NCBI RefSeq assembly: GCF_000737315.1
Contig: NZ_JMCB01000013.1
Coordinates: 20,001-268,000 of the forward strand
From: Hyalangium minutum
Lineage (GTDB): Bacteria; Myxococcota; Myxococcia; Myxococcales; Myxococcaceae
Direction: 5' to 3'
DNA: 248,000 nucleotides
The position numbers were made by a program, and so were the translations under genes. Shown here piece by piece: positions 177,206 to 187,318 of the stretch. Numbering within the stretch: the stretch's first letter is position 1; each line of letters begins with the position of its first letter. The notes beneath the pieces are model-generated. The model was given only the letters and a program-made list of their open reading frames with translations. It ran no database searches and was not told the DNA's origin.

Positions 177206-180200
177206 ATGTCGTTGCCCACGCTGCTCACCGCCGAGAACCTCCGCGCAACCGCGGGGAGCGCATTTGCGCGAGGCGAGGTGTACTGGCGTGAGGGGCGCGT
177301 GCTGTCCTGCGTCCTGGAGAACGACGCGCTCGATGGGCTGGTGGAGGGCACGGCGAAGTACCGCGTCCGGGTGACGGCTCCTGGCGGAGTGCTCGTCGCC
177401 CACTGCACGTGTCCGGTGCGGGATGCGGTCTGCAAGCATGCGGTCGCGCTCAGCCTCTCCTTCCTGGCACAGCGCGGAGCGGTGCTCGAGCCGCCGCGCG
177501 AGGCCGCCGTCGTGGTGCCGTCTCAGGAAGGGCCGTTCGCGACGCGGGACGCGCTGGATCGCTGGGCGGAGGAGCACGAGGTCCGCCATGCGCTCGCGGT
177601 CTCCGTGGCCGTGCTCTTTCCGGAGCTGCCCATCAATGAGGCGCAGCGCCAAGGGCTCCAGCATGTGCTGAACGGACTGGCGCTGAGGGACGTGGGCTCG
177701 CGGGACGGGGCGCTTCGCTATGTCGGCGCGCGCGGGAGAGGCCTGGAGACAGCGCTGACCGAAGCGGCGTGGGCATACCTGCAGCAGGAGGCGCACGCCG
177801 TCCGGCAGGGGCTCACCGAGGAGGCCGCGCGCCGCGAGTCCCACCCGGACGAGGTGCTGGCGCCGCTGTGGACCCGCCTGCTCGAGGTGCGCCGCACGCT
177901 CAGGCCCCATGCAGCTCCACGCTCTCGGGAGCGGCGGGCCTTGGGGACATGGAGCTTCGATGCGGCTGCGTGCGTGCTCACGTGGAGGGAGCGCGATCGC
178001 GTGGTCCGTGGCGGTCCGGACTACGGCACCATCGGAGTCTTGACGCGGCTCACCTTCCCCGGGGGGTACGAAGGGCGGGTGGAGTGCAGCTGTGCGACCC
178101 GGCAGCGGGGGTGCGTGCATGCGCTGGCGCTCGTGGACACCACCCTCGATGTCCTGGACGACAGCGCGCGGAACGCGGAGGCGCGAAGGATCGCCGAGGA
178201 ACTCCTTCGCCCGAGCTGGGCGCGCGCGCTGAAGGAACTCGAGCTGTTCGAGGAAGAGTCGGCCAAGCCTCGGCCCAGCATCGAGGTGTGGTGGTGCATC
178301 GAGCAGGAACTGGGCACGCAGTCCGTGTCGCCCGTCGTGAAGAAGCAGACCCGCCGGGGCATCATGAGCGCAGGTGCGAGGATGACCGCGGCGCGCCTGC
178401 TCGAAGAGCACCGCGAGCTTCTCTCCGAGACCGATCTTCGGGTCGCCGAGCAGCTGGCTTCATGGGCCCCGGCGTCCCGTGCCGCTGGGACATACCCTTC
178501 ACGGGCATTCGCAGGGCTGGTCGGGCACCCACGGGTGTTGCTCGAGTTCCGCCCCGAGGAGCCCATCGAGGTGAAGCGCGTGCGGCTGGGGTTCACCGCG
178601 CTCTCCGCCGATAACCACATTCGCCTGGAGCCCTCCATCGAGGGCGAGCGCTTCAGCCCGAAGCTGCTGGGAGCCCTGCTGCGTGCGTTCGCGCCGGGGG
178701 AACCGCTGGTCACGGTGGAGGAGCAGCGGAACCGGTGCCTGCTGATCGATGTGAACTCCGAGGCGCGGCAGATCTGGAACGTGCTGGAGAAGCACGGAGA
178801 CCAGTTCCCTCCCGAGAGCCATGAGCAGCTGCTGGAGCGCCTGTCCCGGCTCGAAGCGCGGTTGCCGCTCGTGGTCCCGCCCACGCTGAAGGGGCGCGAG
178901 CTCTCGTCCGAGACGACCACCGTCGTTCGTCTGCGCCTGCTCCCGGACGTGTCGCTGGAGCTGGAATTGCTCGTTCGGCCGGGGCCAGGGGCTCCGCTGT
179001 TCCATCCCGGCGTGGGTCCGAGAGACGTGCTTCTCACTCGCAACGGTGAACGCGGCTACGTGCGCCGTCAGCTGATCCAGGAGGAGCAGCGGGCTCGCGC
179101 GGCGATTGCCCCACTGCCGCTCGAGGGCGCGGAGGAGGGGCCGCCGTTCTGCTTCCGGATGGGGGACACGGAGTCCGCGCTGCGGCTCGTCGCGGCCCTC
179201 CAGAAGCCGCTGCCGGGAGTGGAGGTGGAGTGGCTCGACGATAAGCCGTTCGTTGCTTCGGCTGCGGGCCCGGAGTCCTTGAAGGTCGTGATCGAGCGCA
179301 AGCGGGACTGGTTCGGCATCAACGGGGATCTGAAGGTCGAGGCGGGGCGCATCGAGCTGGCTGTCCTCCTGGATGCGGCCCGGCGGCAGAAGCGCTTCGT
179401 GCGCGTGGATGCCCATCGGTGGGTCGAGCTCAGCGACACTTTGCGGAACCGCCTGCTCGCGGTGGCCGATCACACCTTCCTGGGCAAGAACCGCGCGGAG
179501 CTCTCTCCAGGAGCGGTCTCGGCGATCAGCGCGTTGCTGGAGGCGGGGGCCGACGTCCAGGCCGCGCCCGCGTGGCAGTTGATGACGGATCGTCTCGCCG
179601 CGTCGCTGTCGCTCAAGCCGAAGCCTCCCTCGTCGCTGGGGACCACGCTGCGCGACTACCAGGTGGAGGGCCATGCGTGGCTCAGCCGCGTGGCGGCCTG
179701 GGGAGCGGGAGCGTGCCTCGCGGATGACATGGGGCTCGGGAAGACGGTGCAGGCGCTGTCGGTGATGATCGAACGCTCGCGGCTCGGTCCGGCCCTGGTG
179801 CTCGCGCCGACCTCGGTGGCCTTCAACTGGACGCAGGAGATCCAGCGCTTCGCGCCCACCCTGCGGCCCGTGCTCTACGCGGAGCAGCCGGATCGGGCGA
179901 AGTGCTTGGCGAAGCTCAAGAAGACCGACGTGCTCATCGTCAGCTACGGCTTGCTGGTGCGCGACGTGGCGAGCCTCAGCACGCTCTCATTCGCCACGCT
180001 CGTCGTCGATGAAGCGCAGGCGTTGAAGAACCCGAGCACCCGGCGGGCCCGGGCCGCGCGGCAGCTGAACGCGGGCTTTCGGATCGCGCTCTCGGGGACG
180101 CCGCTGGAGAACCACCTCGGCGAGCTGTGGAGCCTCTTCACGATCGTCTTCCCGGGTCTCTTGGGGAGCTGGGAGCAATTCCGAGAGCGCTTCGCCTCGC

Positions 180201-181084
180201 CCATCGAGCGGGGCAAGGATCCCACCGCGAGCGCGGCGCTCTCCCGGGTGATCCAGCCGTTCCTGCTGCGGCGGACCAAGCAAGAGGTGGCGCGCGAGCT
180301 GCCGCCGAGGACGGAGATCCAGGTCCCCGTGGCGCTCTCCGAGGAGGAGTGGACGCTATACGAGGACGCGCGGCTGGCGGCGGTCGCGGAGCTCAGCAAG
180401 CAGGGCAAGGGGCTGCGCACCGAGCAGCAGCGCTTCCAGGTGCTCGCGGCGATCACCCGGCTGAGGTTGCTTGCGTCTCACCCGCGGCTCTACGACGGGC
180501 AGTCGAAGCTCGCGTCCTCGAAGATGCGGCGTCTGCTGGAGTTGCTGGAAGAACTGCGGAGCGAGGGCCACCGGGCGCTCGTGTTCAGCCAGTTCACCTC
180601 ACACCTCGAGCTCGTCCGCGAGGAACTGGATCGCGCCGGCTTCACGTACCAGTACCTCGATGGCGCGACGCCTGCGGCGACCCGAGCGAAGCGGATTCAG
180701 GACTTCCAGGAGGGGGCAGGGGAGATGTTCCTGATCTCGCTCAAGGCGGGAGGTACGGGCATCAACCTCACGGCTGCGGACTACGTCATCCACTTGGATC
180801 CCTGGTGGAACCCGGCGGTGGAGGATCAAGCGACGGATCGCGCCCACCGCATCGGCCAGACGCGGCCGGTGACGGTGTACCGGCTGATCGCCCGCGGTAC
180901 GATCGAGGAGCAGATCCTCTCGCTGCACTCGGACAAGCGCGCGTTGGTGGCGGGAGTGCTGGAGGGGACGGATGTGGCGGCGCGGCTGACGACAAAGGAT
181001 CTGCTCGCGCTACTGGCGGGGGGCGACTCTCCTCGCGAGCGGCAGGACGACGGGGAAGAACCCCGGGCCCGAACGGTGCACTGA
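177206..181084 (+). CDS. SWIM/SNF2 helicase
   Basis: CTC...CKH and CSC...CVH SWIM fingers, ADDMGLGKT, DEAQ, QATDRAHRIGQ. Confidence 0.93.
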   Translation: MSLPTLLTAENLRATAGSAFARGEVYWREGRVLSCVLENDALDGLVEGTAKYRVRVTAPGGVLVAHCTCPVRDAVCKHAVALSLSFLAQRGAVLEPPREAAVVVPSQEGPFATRDALDRWAEEHEVRHALAVSVAVLFPELPINEAQRQGLQHVLNGLALRDVGSRDGALRYVGARGRGLETALTEAAWAYLQQEAHAVRQGLTEEAARRESHPDEVLAPLWTRLLEVRRTLRPHAAPRSRERRALGTWSFDAAACVLTWRERDRVVRGGPDYGTIGVLTRLTFPGGYEGRVECSCATRQRGCVHALALVDTTLDVLDDSARNAEARRIAEELLRPSWARALKELELFEEESAKPRPSIEVWWCIEQELGTQSVSPVVKKQTRRGIMSAGARMTAARLLEEHRELLSETDLRVAEQLASWAPASRAAGTYPSRAFAGLVGHPRVLLEFRPEEPIEVKRVRLGFTALSADNHIRLEPSIEGERFSPKLLGALLRAFAPGEPLVTVEEQRNRCLLIDVNSEARQIWNVLEKHGDQFPPESHEQLLERLSRLEARLPLVVPPTLKGRELSSETTTVVRLRLLPDVSLELELLVRPGPGAPLFHPGVGPRDVLLTRNGERGYVRRQLIQEEQRARAAIAPLPLEGAEEGPPFCFRMGDTESALRLVAALQKPLPGVEVEWLDDKPFVASAAGPESLKVVIERKRDWFGINGDLKVEAGRIELAVLLDAARRQKRFVRVDAHRWVELSDTLRNRLLAVADHTFLGKNRAELSPGAVSAISALLEAGADVQAAPAWQLMTDRLAASLSLKPKPPSSLGTTLRDYQVEGHAWLSRVAAWGAGACLADDMGLGKTVQALSVMIERSRLGPALVLAPTSVAFNWTQEIQRFAPTLRPVLYAEQPDRAKCLAKLKKTDVLIVSYGLLVRDVASLSTLSFATLVVDEAQALKNPSTRRARAARQLNAGFRIALSGTPLENHLGELWSLFTIVFPGLLGSWEQFRERFASPIERGKDPTASAALSRVIQPFLLRRTKQEVARELPPRTEIQVPVALSEEEWTLYEDARLAAVAELSKQGKGLRTEQQRFQVLAAITRLRLLASHPRLYDGQSKLASSKMRRLLELLEELRSEGHRALVFSQFTSHLELVREELDRAGFTYQYLDGATPAATRAKRIQDFQEGAGEMFLISLKAGGTGINLTAADYVIHLDPWWNPAVEDQATDRAHRIGQTRPVTVYRLIARGTIEEQILSLHSDKRALVAGVLEGTDVAARLTTKDLLALLAGGDSPRERQDDGEEPRARTVH

Positions 181085-181246
181085 TCGTCCCTAGGCAGTC
181101 CTCATCCAGTGAGGCCGGAGAGGCGCAGGATGGCCACGACGAGGCCCGTGAGTCCGAGGAGCAGTCCGAACAGAGCCGCCCCTGCGGCATCGAGCTTCTT
181201 CCAGGTCCATGGAGTGTCCATACCCGGCTCCAGTCCGTGCCAAACG

Positions 181247-181336
181247 GGTCTGACAACCAGACCGGTTGCCGCTACGAACGAGCAGTGGGCCCCCTGGCGG
181301 CGGCGGTTTTTGGAAACTGGTCTGACAAGCAGACCA
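181247..181336. promoter_or_regulatory. Two FadR/GntR-type operators upstream of a kinase
   Basis: GGTCTGACAACCAGACC at 181247-181263; TGGTCTGACAAGCAGACCA at 181318-181336. Confidence 0.55.
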
Positions 181337-181420
181337 GTTCAGTCGGATTGCGACGGGAGAGGGTGGGATGCCCACATGGTTGGTGACTTCTTGTCAGACC
181401 CATGAGGTAGGCTGGGCTGA

Positions 181421-182971
181421 GTGGGGACTCGAAGGTCCTCGCCGGAGACGGTCATGGGGAAGAAGGTCGCCTCGCTGGATGTAGATCCGCTCAGCCTCCC
181501 GCTGGGGATGCGGATGGGGCCCTGGCGGATTGTGGGCTGGGGCGGCCGAGGCGCCTACGGCACCGTTTACCGTGTGGAGCGCGTGGGACATGAACTGGAA
181601 GGTCCCTTTGCGCTCAAACTGGCGGTCTTCCCCGAGGATGAGCGCTTCGAGCGAGAGGCGTGGTTGCTCCGCCACATCCAGAGTGCTTCGGTGCCTCACC
181701 TCTATGCGCAGGGGGTATGGGAGCACGCATCGGGGCGCTATCGCTACCTGGTGATGCAGTGGGTGGAGGGCGAGCCGCTGTATGAGTGGTCCGCTCGGCG
181801 CAACCCCACTGAGTCCCGGGTGGTGGAACTGTTGCTACAGGTGGCGAAGGCGGTGGAGGCCACGCATGCGGTGGGAGCGGTGCACCGCGACGTGAAGGGC
181901 GGGAACGTTCTGGTGAGGCTCACGGACGGGCGAGCCTTCCTGATGGACTTCGGGGCAGGGCACTACCGGGGAGCGGCGACGCTGACCTCGAAGGTGCTCC
182001 CGCCCGGCACTCCCGCGTATCGCAGCCCTGAGGCCTGGGGATTTCTCCGCCTGTTCCTTCGCCACCCGACGGCTCACTATCCGGCCAGCGCGAGCGATGA
182101 CCTGTTCGCCCTGGGAATCACGGCCTACCGGTTGGTGACGGACGAGTATCCGCCCTCCACGGATCCTCAAGCGCCAGGGGCGGAGGTGTGGCGCGAGGGG
182201 GGACCAGGACCTCGGCCGCCCCGTGAGCTGAACCCGCGTGTGAGCCCCGAGCTGGATGCGCTGATCCTGAGGCTGTTGGCGCCCGCTCCCGTGGATCGCT
182301 TCAACGGCCGGGCTCAGGAGTTGGTCGCGGCGCTGGAGGAGATGAAGGAGAGGGCGGGGCCCGAGAGGAATGAGCCTCTCTTCGGCTGGTCACACGCGCA
182401 CGACACACGCTGGCGATCGCTGGGAGGCGTGCGTCTGGCTGAGGAGCGGGACGCGGCAAGGAGAGAACGCGAGAAGCGCGAGCTGGAGGTCCGGGCTCGC
182501 GCAGAGGCTGCGAACCGCTTGGCGGAGCCCCCGCGCTCAGTGGCTGTGTGGAGCGTTGAAGGGGGGATAGCCGCCATGGGGCTGCTGCTCACCTGTCTGC
182601 TGGTGACCGGGCTCTATCGGGGCCAGCAGGAGGCGCAGACTGCTTCGGCGAAGGAGCACCGCCAGAGGGACACGGCCGCAGTAGGGGACGGCGCGGGTGC
182701 CATTTCCGCGTCGGCGGATGCCTCGGTGCCTGCGGGGAATGCGAAGTCGGCAGTGGGGCTTCCGCTGCCCGAGAAGCTCTTCCCTGGCCAGCGGAAGCCG
182801 CCGTGCAACAGGTTTGGAGAGGTGGAGGTCCGTGGCGGCTGCTGGTGGCTCTTGGGCGCTGGCAAGCCGCCTTGCAAGGAGAAGGGCAAAGAGGACGGCT
182901 ATGAGTGGAAGGGGGCTTGCTACACGCCCTCATACCAAATGGGTCGCGAGCCCACGTCCAAGCCGCCGTGA
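181421..182971 (+). CDS. Ser/Thr kinase with TM and Cys-containing C-terminal domain
   Basis: HRDVKGGN, DFG, PC...GGCW. Confidence 0.9.
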   Translation: MGTRRSSPETVMGKKVASLDVDPLSLPLGMRMGPWRIVGWGGRGAYGTVYRVERVGHELEGPFALKLAVFPEDERFEREAWLLRHIQSASVPHLYAQGVWEHASGRYRYLVMQWVEGEPLYEWSARRNPTESRVVELLLQVAKAVEATHAVGAVHRDVKGGNVLVRLTDGRAFLMDFGAGHYRGAATLTSKVLPPGTPAYRSPEAWGFLRLFLRHPTAHYPASASDDLFALGITAYRLVTDEYPPSTDPQAPGAEVWREGGPGPRPPRELNPRVSPELDALILRLLAPAPVDRFNGRAQELVAALEEMKERAGPERNEPLFGWSHAHDTRWRSLGGVRLAEERDAARREREKRELEVRARAEAANRLAEPPRSVAVWSVEGGIAAMGLLLTCLLVTGLYRGQQEAQTASAKEHRQRDTAAVGDGAGAISASADASVPAGNAKSAVGLPLPEKLFPGQRKPPCNRFGEVEVRGGCWWLLGAGKPPCKEKGKEDGYEWKGACYTPSYQMGREPTSKPP

Positions 182972-183112
182972 ACCGTGGCCAGGTTCAGCATCTGCGTCAG
183001 TGGAAGCGGATCAAGCGTGGGCTTACTGGCGGCGCGAAAAATCCCCACGAGCGTGTGGTAGGAGGGCACTCGTGAAGAGGATGTCCCCCGTGAGCAACAG
183101 CTTGGTGACCCC

Positions 183113-184423
183113 ATGACGCTTCCCCGGACGCCAGAGGAAGCGGTCGAATTCCTCGCCCGGCTCAGCCCTTCCGTCATCAAGCCCGGCCTCGAACGGATGA
183201 ATCCGGCTCTCGAGGCCCTCGGCCATCCCGAGCGCCGAATCCGCTCGCTTCATGTCGCGGGCACCAATGGCAAGGGCAGCACCTGTGCCTTCGCCTCCAC
183301 CGCCCTTCGCGCCGCGGGCCACCGCGTGGGCCTCTACACCTCGCCTCACCTGGAGCGCGTCACCGAGCGCTTCCAGATCAACGGCGAGGAGATCTCCCCC
183401 AAGCTGCTCGGCCGCCGCATCCTCGAGATCCTCGAGCGCTACCCGGAGGCCGCCGCCACTCCCGCGCCGCTCACGTACTTCGAGTTCGGCACCGTGATCG
183501 CCTTCTGGCACTTCGCCCAGGAGGCCGTGGACATCGCTGTCCTGGAAACTGGCCTCGGTGGCCGCTTGGATGCCACCAATGTCGTGGCCCCGCTCGTCAC
183601 CGTCATCACGCCTATCTCCTTTGATCACATGGAGTATCTGGGCCACACGCTCGGAGCCATCGCAGGCGAGAAGGCCGGCATCCTCAAGCCCACCGTCCCC
183701 GTCGTCGTCAGCCGCCAGGAGCCAGAGGCCCTCGAAGCCATCTCCCGCGTCGCAGCCCAGGTCGGCGCTCCCATGCTCCTCGAGGGGCTCGACTTCGCCG
183801 TGGAGTCTCTCCCCACAGGGCTCTCCTACAGGGGACCGCGGTGGAACCTGGACGGGCTCTCACTCTCCCTCCGAGGCCCTCACCAGCGGCAGAACGCCGC
183901 TGTCGCGCTCGCGGCCCTGGAGCAGCTCGATGCCTGGGGCATCTCCGTCCCCACGGATGCCGCAGTGAAGGGCCTGGCCTCCGCTCGCTGGCCCGGCCGC
184001 TTGGAGGAGGTGAGCAGCCAGCCAGCCGTCGTGCTCGATGGGGCGCACAACCCCGGCGGAGTCGCTGTGCTCCTGGCCTCGCTCGACAGCCTGTACCCCG
184101 GCCGACGCATCCACGCCGTCTTCGGTGTCGTCGCCGACAAGGACCGCGCTCCCATGATGCGCGGCCTCTTCCCTCGCTGCGCCTCCGTCCACCTCACGCC
184201 CCTGGACACGCCGCGCTCGCTTGCCCCCGAGCGCTACCTCGCGGAGGCCCGGGCACTGTGCGCCGATGTGCGGGCCTATGCTGGCTTGGATGACGCCCTG
184301 GCAGGCGCCAAGGCCCTCGCGATGGAGGGGGACGTCATCTTATGTACGGGCTCACTCTTTCTGGTGGGAGCGGCTCGCGCGCGCTTCGTCAGAAACCTTG
184401 GCGCAATGCAGCAGCAGTCATAA
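183113..184423 (+). CDS. folC: Folylpolyglutamate synthase/dihydrofolate synthase
   Basis: GTNGKGS, YTSPHL, ETGLGGRLD. Confidence 0.96.
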   Translation: MTLPRTPEEAVEFLARLSPSVIKPGLERMNPALEALGHPERRIRSLHVAGTNGKGSTCAFASTALRAAGHRVGLYTSPHLERVTERFQINGEEISPKLLGRRILEILERYPEAAATPAPLTYFEFGTVIAFWHFAQEAVDIAVLETGLGGRLDATNVVAPLVTVITPISFDHMEYLGHTLGAIAGEKAGILKPTVPVVVSRQEPEALEAISRVAAQVGAPMLLEGLDFAVESLPTGLSYRGPRWNLDGLSLSLRGPHQRQNAAVALAALEQLDAWGISVPTDAAVKGLASARWPGRLEEVSSQPAVVLDGAHNPGGVAVLLASLDSLYPGRRIHAVFGVVADKDRAPMMRGLFPRCASVHLTPLDTPRSLAPERYLAEARALCADVRAYAGLDDALAGAKALAMEGDVILCTGSLFLVGAARARFVRNLGAMQQQS

Positions 184424-184432
184424 ATTCCAGGT

Positions 184433-185710
184433 ATGCGCCTCCCGGATGATTGGAGAACCGCGCCCACGGGGCCGCGGATACCGACGGTCGACGAGGTCGA
184501 CTTCCGGGCGCTCTACCAGAAGACGAAGTACGTGGTGGAGACCGCCGACGGCTGGTCATTGATGATGACCCGCTACCGGCCCGTGAAGCAGCAATTCCCG
184601 CAGCCGCTGTTCGGCGAGGTGCTGCTCCTGGTCCACGGCTTCTCCCAGAACCGCCACGCGTGGACCAGCGGGCAGTTCGTGAAGAACCTCCTGTTCTTCG
184701 GCGTGGACATTCACATCCTCGAGCTGCGCGGCCACGGCAAGAGCTCCCTGGATCTGCAGCGCGAGCGCTGTGCCCGCTTCCGCCGACCTCTCCCGCCCGA
184801 CCTCGAGTACGGCTGGGACATCGACAGCTACTTCCTCTACGACTTGCCCGCCGCTGTCTCCGGCGTGAAGCGCATCACCCGGCGCGACAAGATCTTCTAC
184901 TGCGGCCATTCCATGGGCGGGATGCTCGGCTACGGCTACGCCGGCATCCACGACGACTTCGAGGGCCTGATCACCATTGGCTCCCCGGCGGATCTCGGCC
185001 GGGGTTTTTTGATGCTCAAGGCCCTGGCCATGGGCGCGCCGGCGCTCGGTGGCCTGGTGGACATGACGTTGGCCGGGCTCAACGTGCAGAACCGCATCGG
185101 GCACCTGGGCCGCACGCTGCTGTCCAAGGGCGCCCAGGCGGTGAGCCGCGAGCTGGGCCAGCGGCTCAAGCCGACGTCGGAGCCGAAAGACACCCTCTTC
185201 AACTACGTCCCCGTGGACGCCTGGCTGAAGTACGCCGAGAAGAAGCTCGCTCTCGCCGAGGGCCACCCCATCTACGAAGAGGTCGTCCGGCGCATCAACA
185301 AGCTGAGCAACCCCGCCCGCGTGAAGGCCCAGGACGTCCGTTGGCTCCTTCGCGAGGGAGGCGAGCGAGAGCCTCGCAAGGTGATCGAGCAGTTCGCCCG
185401 GTGGATCCGCCGCGGCGAGATGGTCTGCTACCGCACGGACTACGACTTCAAGCGCGGCTTCTCGAAGATCGCGATCCCCATGGCCATCATCTTCGGAGAC
185501 ATGGATCCGCTGGCCTCGGTGGAGTCCACCCGCAGTGTCTACCGCGCCGCCAAGAGTGAATACCTCCTCTGGCGCCCTGTGAAGGGCAACAGCCACATCG
185601 AGCTGACCATGGGGCACGACATCCGGCAGATCTGTTACGACATCAAGAACCTCATCGAATACGCCAGAACCCACCGCTCGCGTTCCCCGGTGCTGCCGCG
185701 CGTTCGTTAG
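184433..185710 (+). CDS. Alpha/beta hydrolase
   Basis: GHSMGG, C-terminal His. Confidence 0.85.
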   Translation: MRLPDDWRTAPTGPRIPTVDEVDFRALYQKTKYVVETADGWSLMMTRYRPVKQQFPQPLFGEVLLLVHGFSQNRHAWTSGQFVKNLLFFGVDIHILELRGHGKSSLDLQRERCARFRRPLPPDLEYGWDIDSYFLYDLPAAVSGVKRITRRDKIFYCGHSMGGMLGYGYAGIHDDFEGLITIGSPADLGRGFLMLKALAMGAPALGGLVDMTLAGLNVQNRIGHLGRTLLSKGAQAVSRELGQRLKPTSEPKDTLFNYVPVDAWLKYAEKKLALAEGHPIYEEVVRRINKLSNPARVKAQDVRWLLREGGEREPRKVIEQFARWIRRGEMVCYRTDYDFKRGFSKIAIPMAIIFGDMDPLASVESTRSVYRAAKSEYLLWRPVKGNSHIELTMGHDIRQICYDIKNLIEYARTHRSRSPVLPRVR

Positions 185711-185794
185711 ACCCGGGGGCCGGCCCCGGGCGTTAAGTTGGAGCCAGGGGGCCCATGCTCTACAGTCGGGTTCTCTGAGAAGGGGTGTCGTTCA

Positions 185795-187306
185795 ATGAAG
185801 TGGCTGGCGGTCTGCGTGCTCGGTGGGGTGCTGCTGCCCCTGCTGGCGTTCGCGCAGGACAAGGTAGAGCTCAACGCCATCACCAGCGTGAAGGTGAACG
185901 GCTCCACGGTGGAGATCACCGGGAGCAAGAAGCCCAACTTCACCACCTTCACCATGACAGACCCGCCGCGGCTCGTCATCGATATCTCCGAGGCCGTCCT
186001 CAAGGGTGTGCCAGAGGAGATGCGAGTGAACGCCGGCCTCATCACCGGCCTGCGCGCCGCCAACTACGGCTCGGACTCGTCCGCCATCGCTCGCGTTCTC
186101 ATCGGCTACGACCGGGACGTGGAGACCGACATCCTGGTGAGCGGCAGTGTGCTCTCGGTGAAGGTGCTGGACGGCTCCAGCCCTGCCGTGGCCCAGACGC
186201 TCCCGGAGCCCAAGCAGCCCCTCGTGGCCGCCAATGGCCCCACGGCCGCCGAGGCCCAGGCCGCCGCCACGCAGGCCACTCAGGCGTCCCAGCAGGAGCG
186301 CGCCACCCAGGAGACGGCTGCGGCGGAGGCGGCTTCGGCGGCGAAGAAGACCGACGCGGAGCTTCGCCAGCAGGAGGAGGCCGCGCGCGTGGCCTCCGCG
186401 AAGAAGTCCGAGGAGGATCGCCGCGCCCAGGAACTGGCCGCCGCCGAGGAGAAGAAGCGCCAGGAAGAGCAGGTCCGCGCCGAGGCGGAGGCCCAGAAGC
186501 TGGCCACCGCCGAGGAGAAGAAGCGCCAGCTAGAGCAGGCTCGCGCCGAGGTGGAGGCCAAGAAGCAGGCCGAACTCGACGAGAAGAAGCGCAAGGCGGA
186601 GGAGGCCGAGGCAAAGCGTCTGGCCGCCACCGAGGAGAAGAAGCGCCAGCTAGAGCAGGCTCGCGCCGAGACGGAGGCCAAGAAGCAGGCCGAGCTCGAC
186701 GAGAAGAAGCGCAAGGCGGAGGAGGCCGAGGAGCGCCGTCTGGCCGCGCTGGAGGAGAAGAAGCGCAGGTCCGAGGAGGCTCGCGCCGAGGTCGACACCC
186801 GGAAGCAGCAGGAGACCGACGAGCGGAAGCGCCGTTCCGAGGAGGCCGAGGCGAAGCGCCTGGCCTCCGCCGAGGAGAGGAAGCGCCAGGAGACCGAGGG
186901 TGGCAGTCGGGTGGCCAGTGCCGAGGTGCCTCGCCGGACCGAGCCTCCCGCCGCCTCGCCCGAGCCCGCCACCACGGGCCGCCGCAAGACGCTGGAGATT
187001 GTCGGCTTCCAACAGAAGACGGGTGGCTCACGTGTCTACGTGCGTACAAATGAGCCAGTGAGCTACAAAGTCTCCGAGGGACGCAACGAGATCGTCCTCA
187101 TGCTGGAGAACACGCAGATCGGCAAGGGCAACAACACCCGTGCGCTCGACACCTCGTTCTTCGATACCGCCGTGGCTCGCGTGGACCCGACCGTGGGGCC
187201 TGACCGGTCCGTCCGCGTCTCCATCAAGCTCAAGGAGCAGGTGTCCGTCCAGACGCGCCAGGAGGGCAACACCATCACCCTGGAGTTCCCGCGCCCCGAG
187301 CGCTGA
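185795..187306 (+). CDS. AMIN domain protein with charged coiled-coil repeats
   Basis: DPPRLVID; E/K/R/A-rich middle. Confidence 0.82.
   Translation: MKWLAVCVLGGVLLPLLAFAQDKVELNAITSVKVNGSTVEITGSKKPNFTTFTMTDPPRLVIDISEAVLKGVPEEMRVNAGLITGLRAANYGSDSSAIARVLIGYDRDVETDILVSGSVLSVKVLDGSSPAVAQTLPEPKQPLVAANGPTAAEAQAAATQATQASQQERATQETAAAEAASAAKKTDAELRQQEEAARVASAKKSEEDRRAQELAAAEEKKRQEEQVRAEAEAQKLATAEEKKRQLEQARAEVEAKKQAELDEKKRKAEEAEAKRLAATEEKKRQLEQARAETEAKKQAELDEKKRKAEEAEERRLAALEEKKRRSEEARAEVDTRKQQETDERKRRSEEAEAKRLASAEERKRQETEGGSRVASAEVPRRTEPPAASPEPATTGRRKTLEIVGFQQKTGGSRVYVRTNEPVSYKVSEGRNEIVLMLENTQIGKGNNTRALDTSFFDTAVARVDPTVGPDRSVRVSIKLKEQVSVQTRQEGNTITLEFPRPER
186512..186790 (+). repeat. 120-bp (40-aa) intragenic tandem repeat, about 2.3 copies
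   Basis: GAGGAGAAGAAGCGC units at 186512, 186632, 186752. Confidence 0.85.
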
Positions 187307-187318
187307 GCCGAGGAGGCC

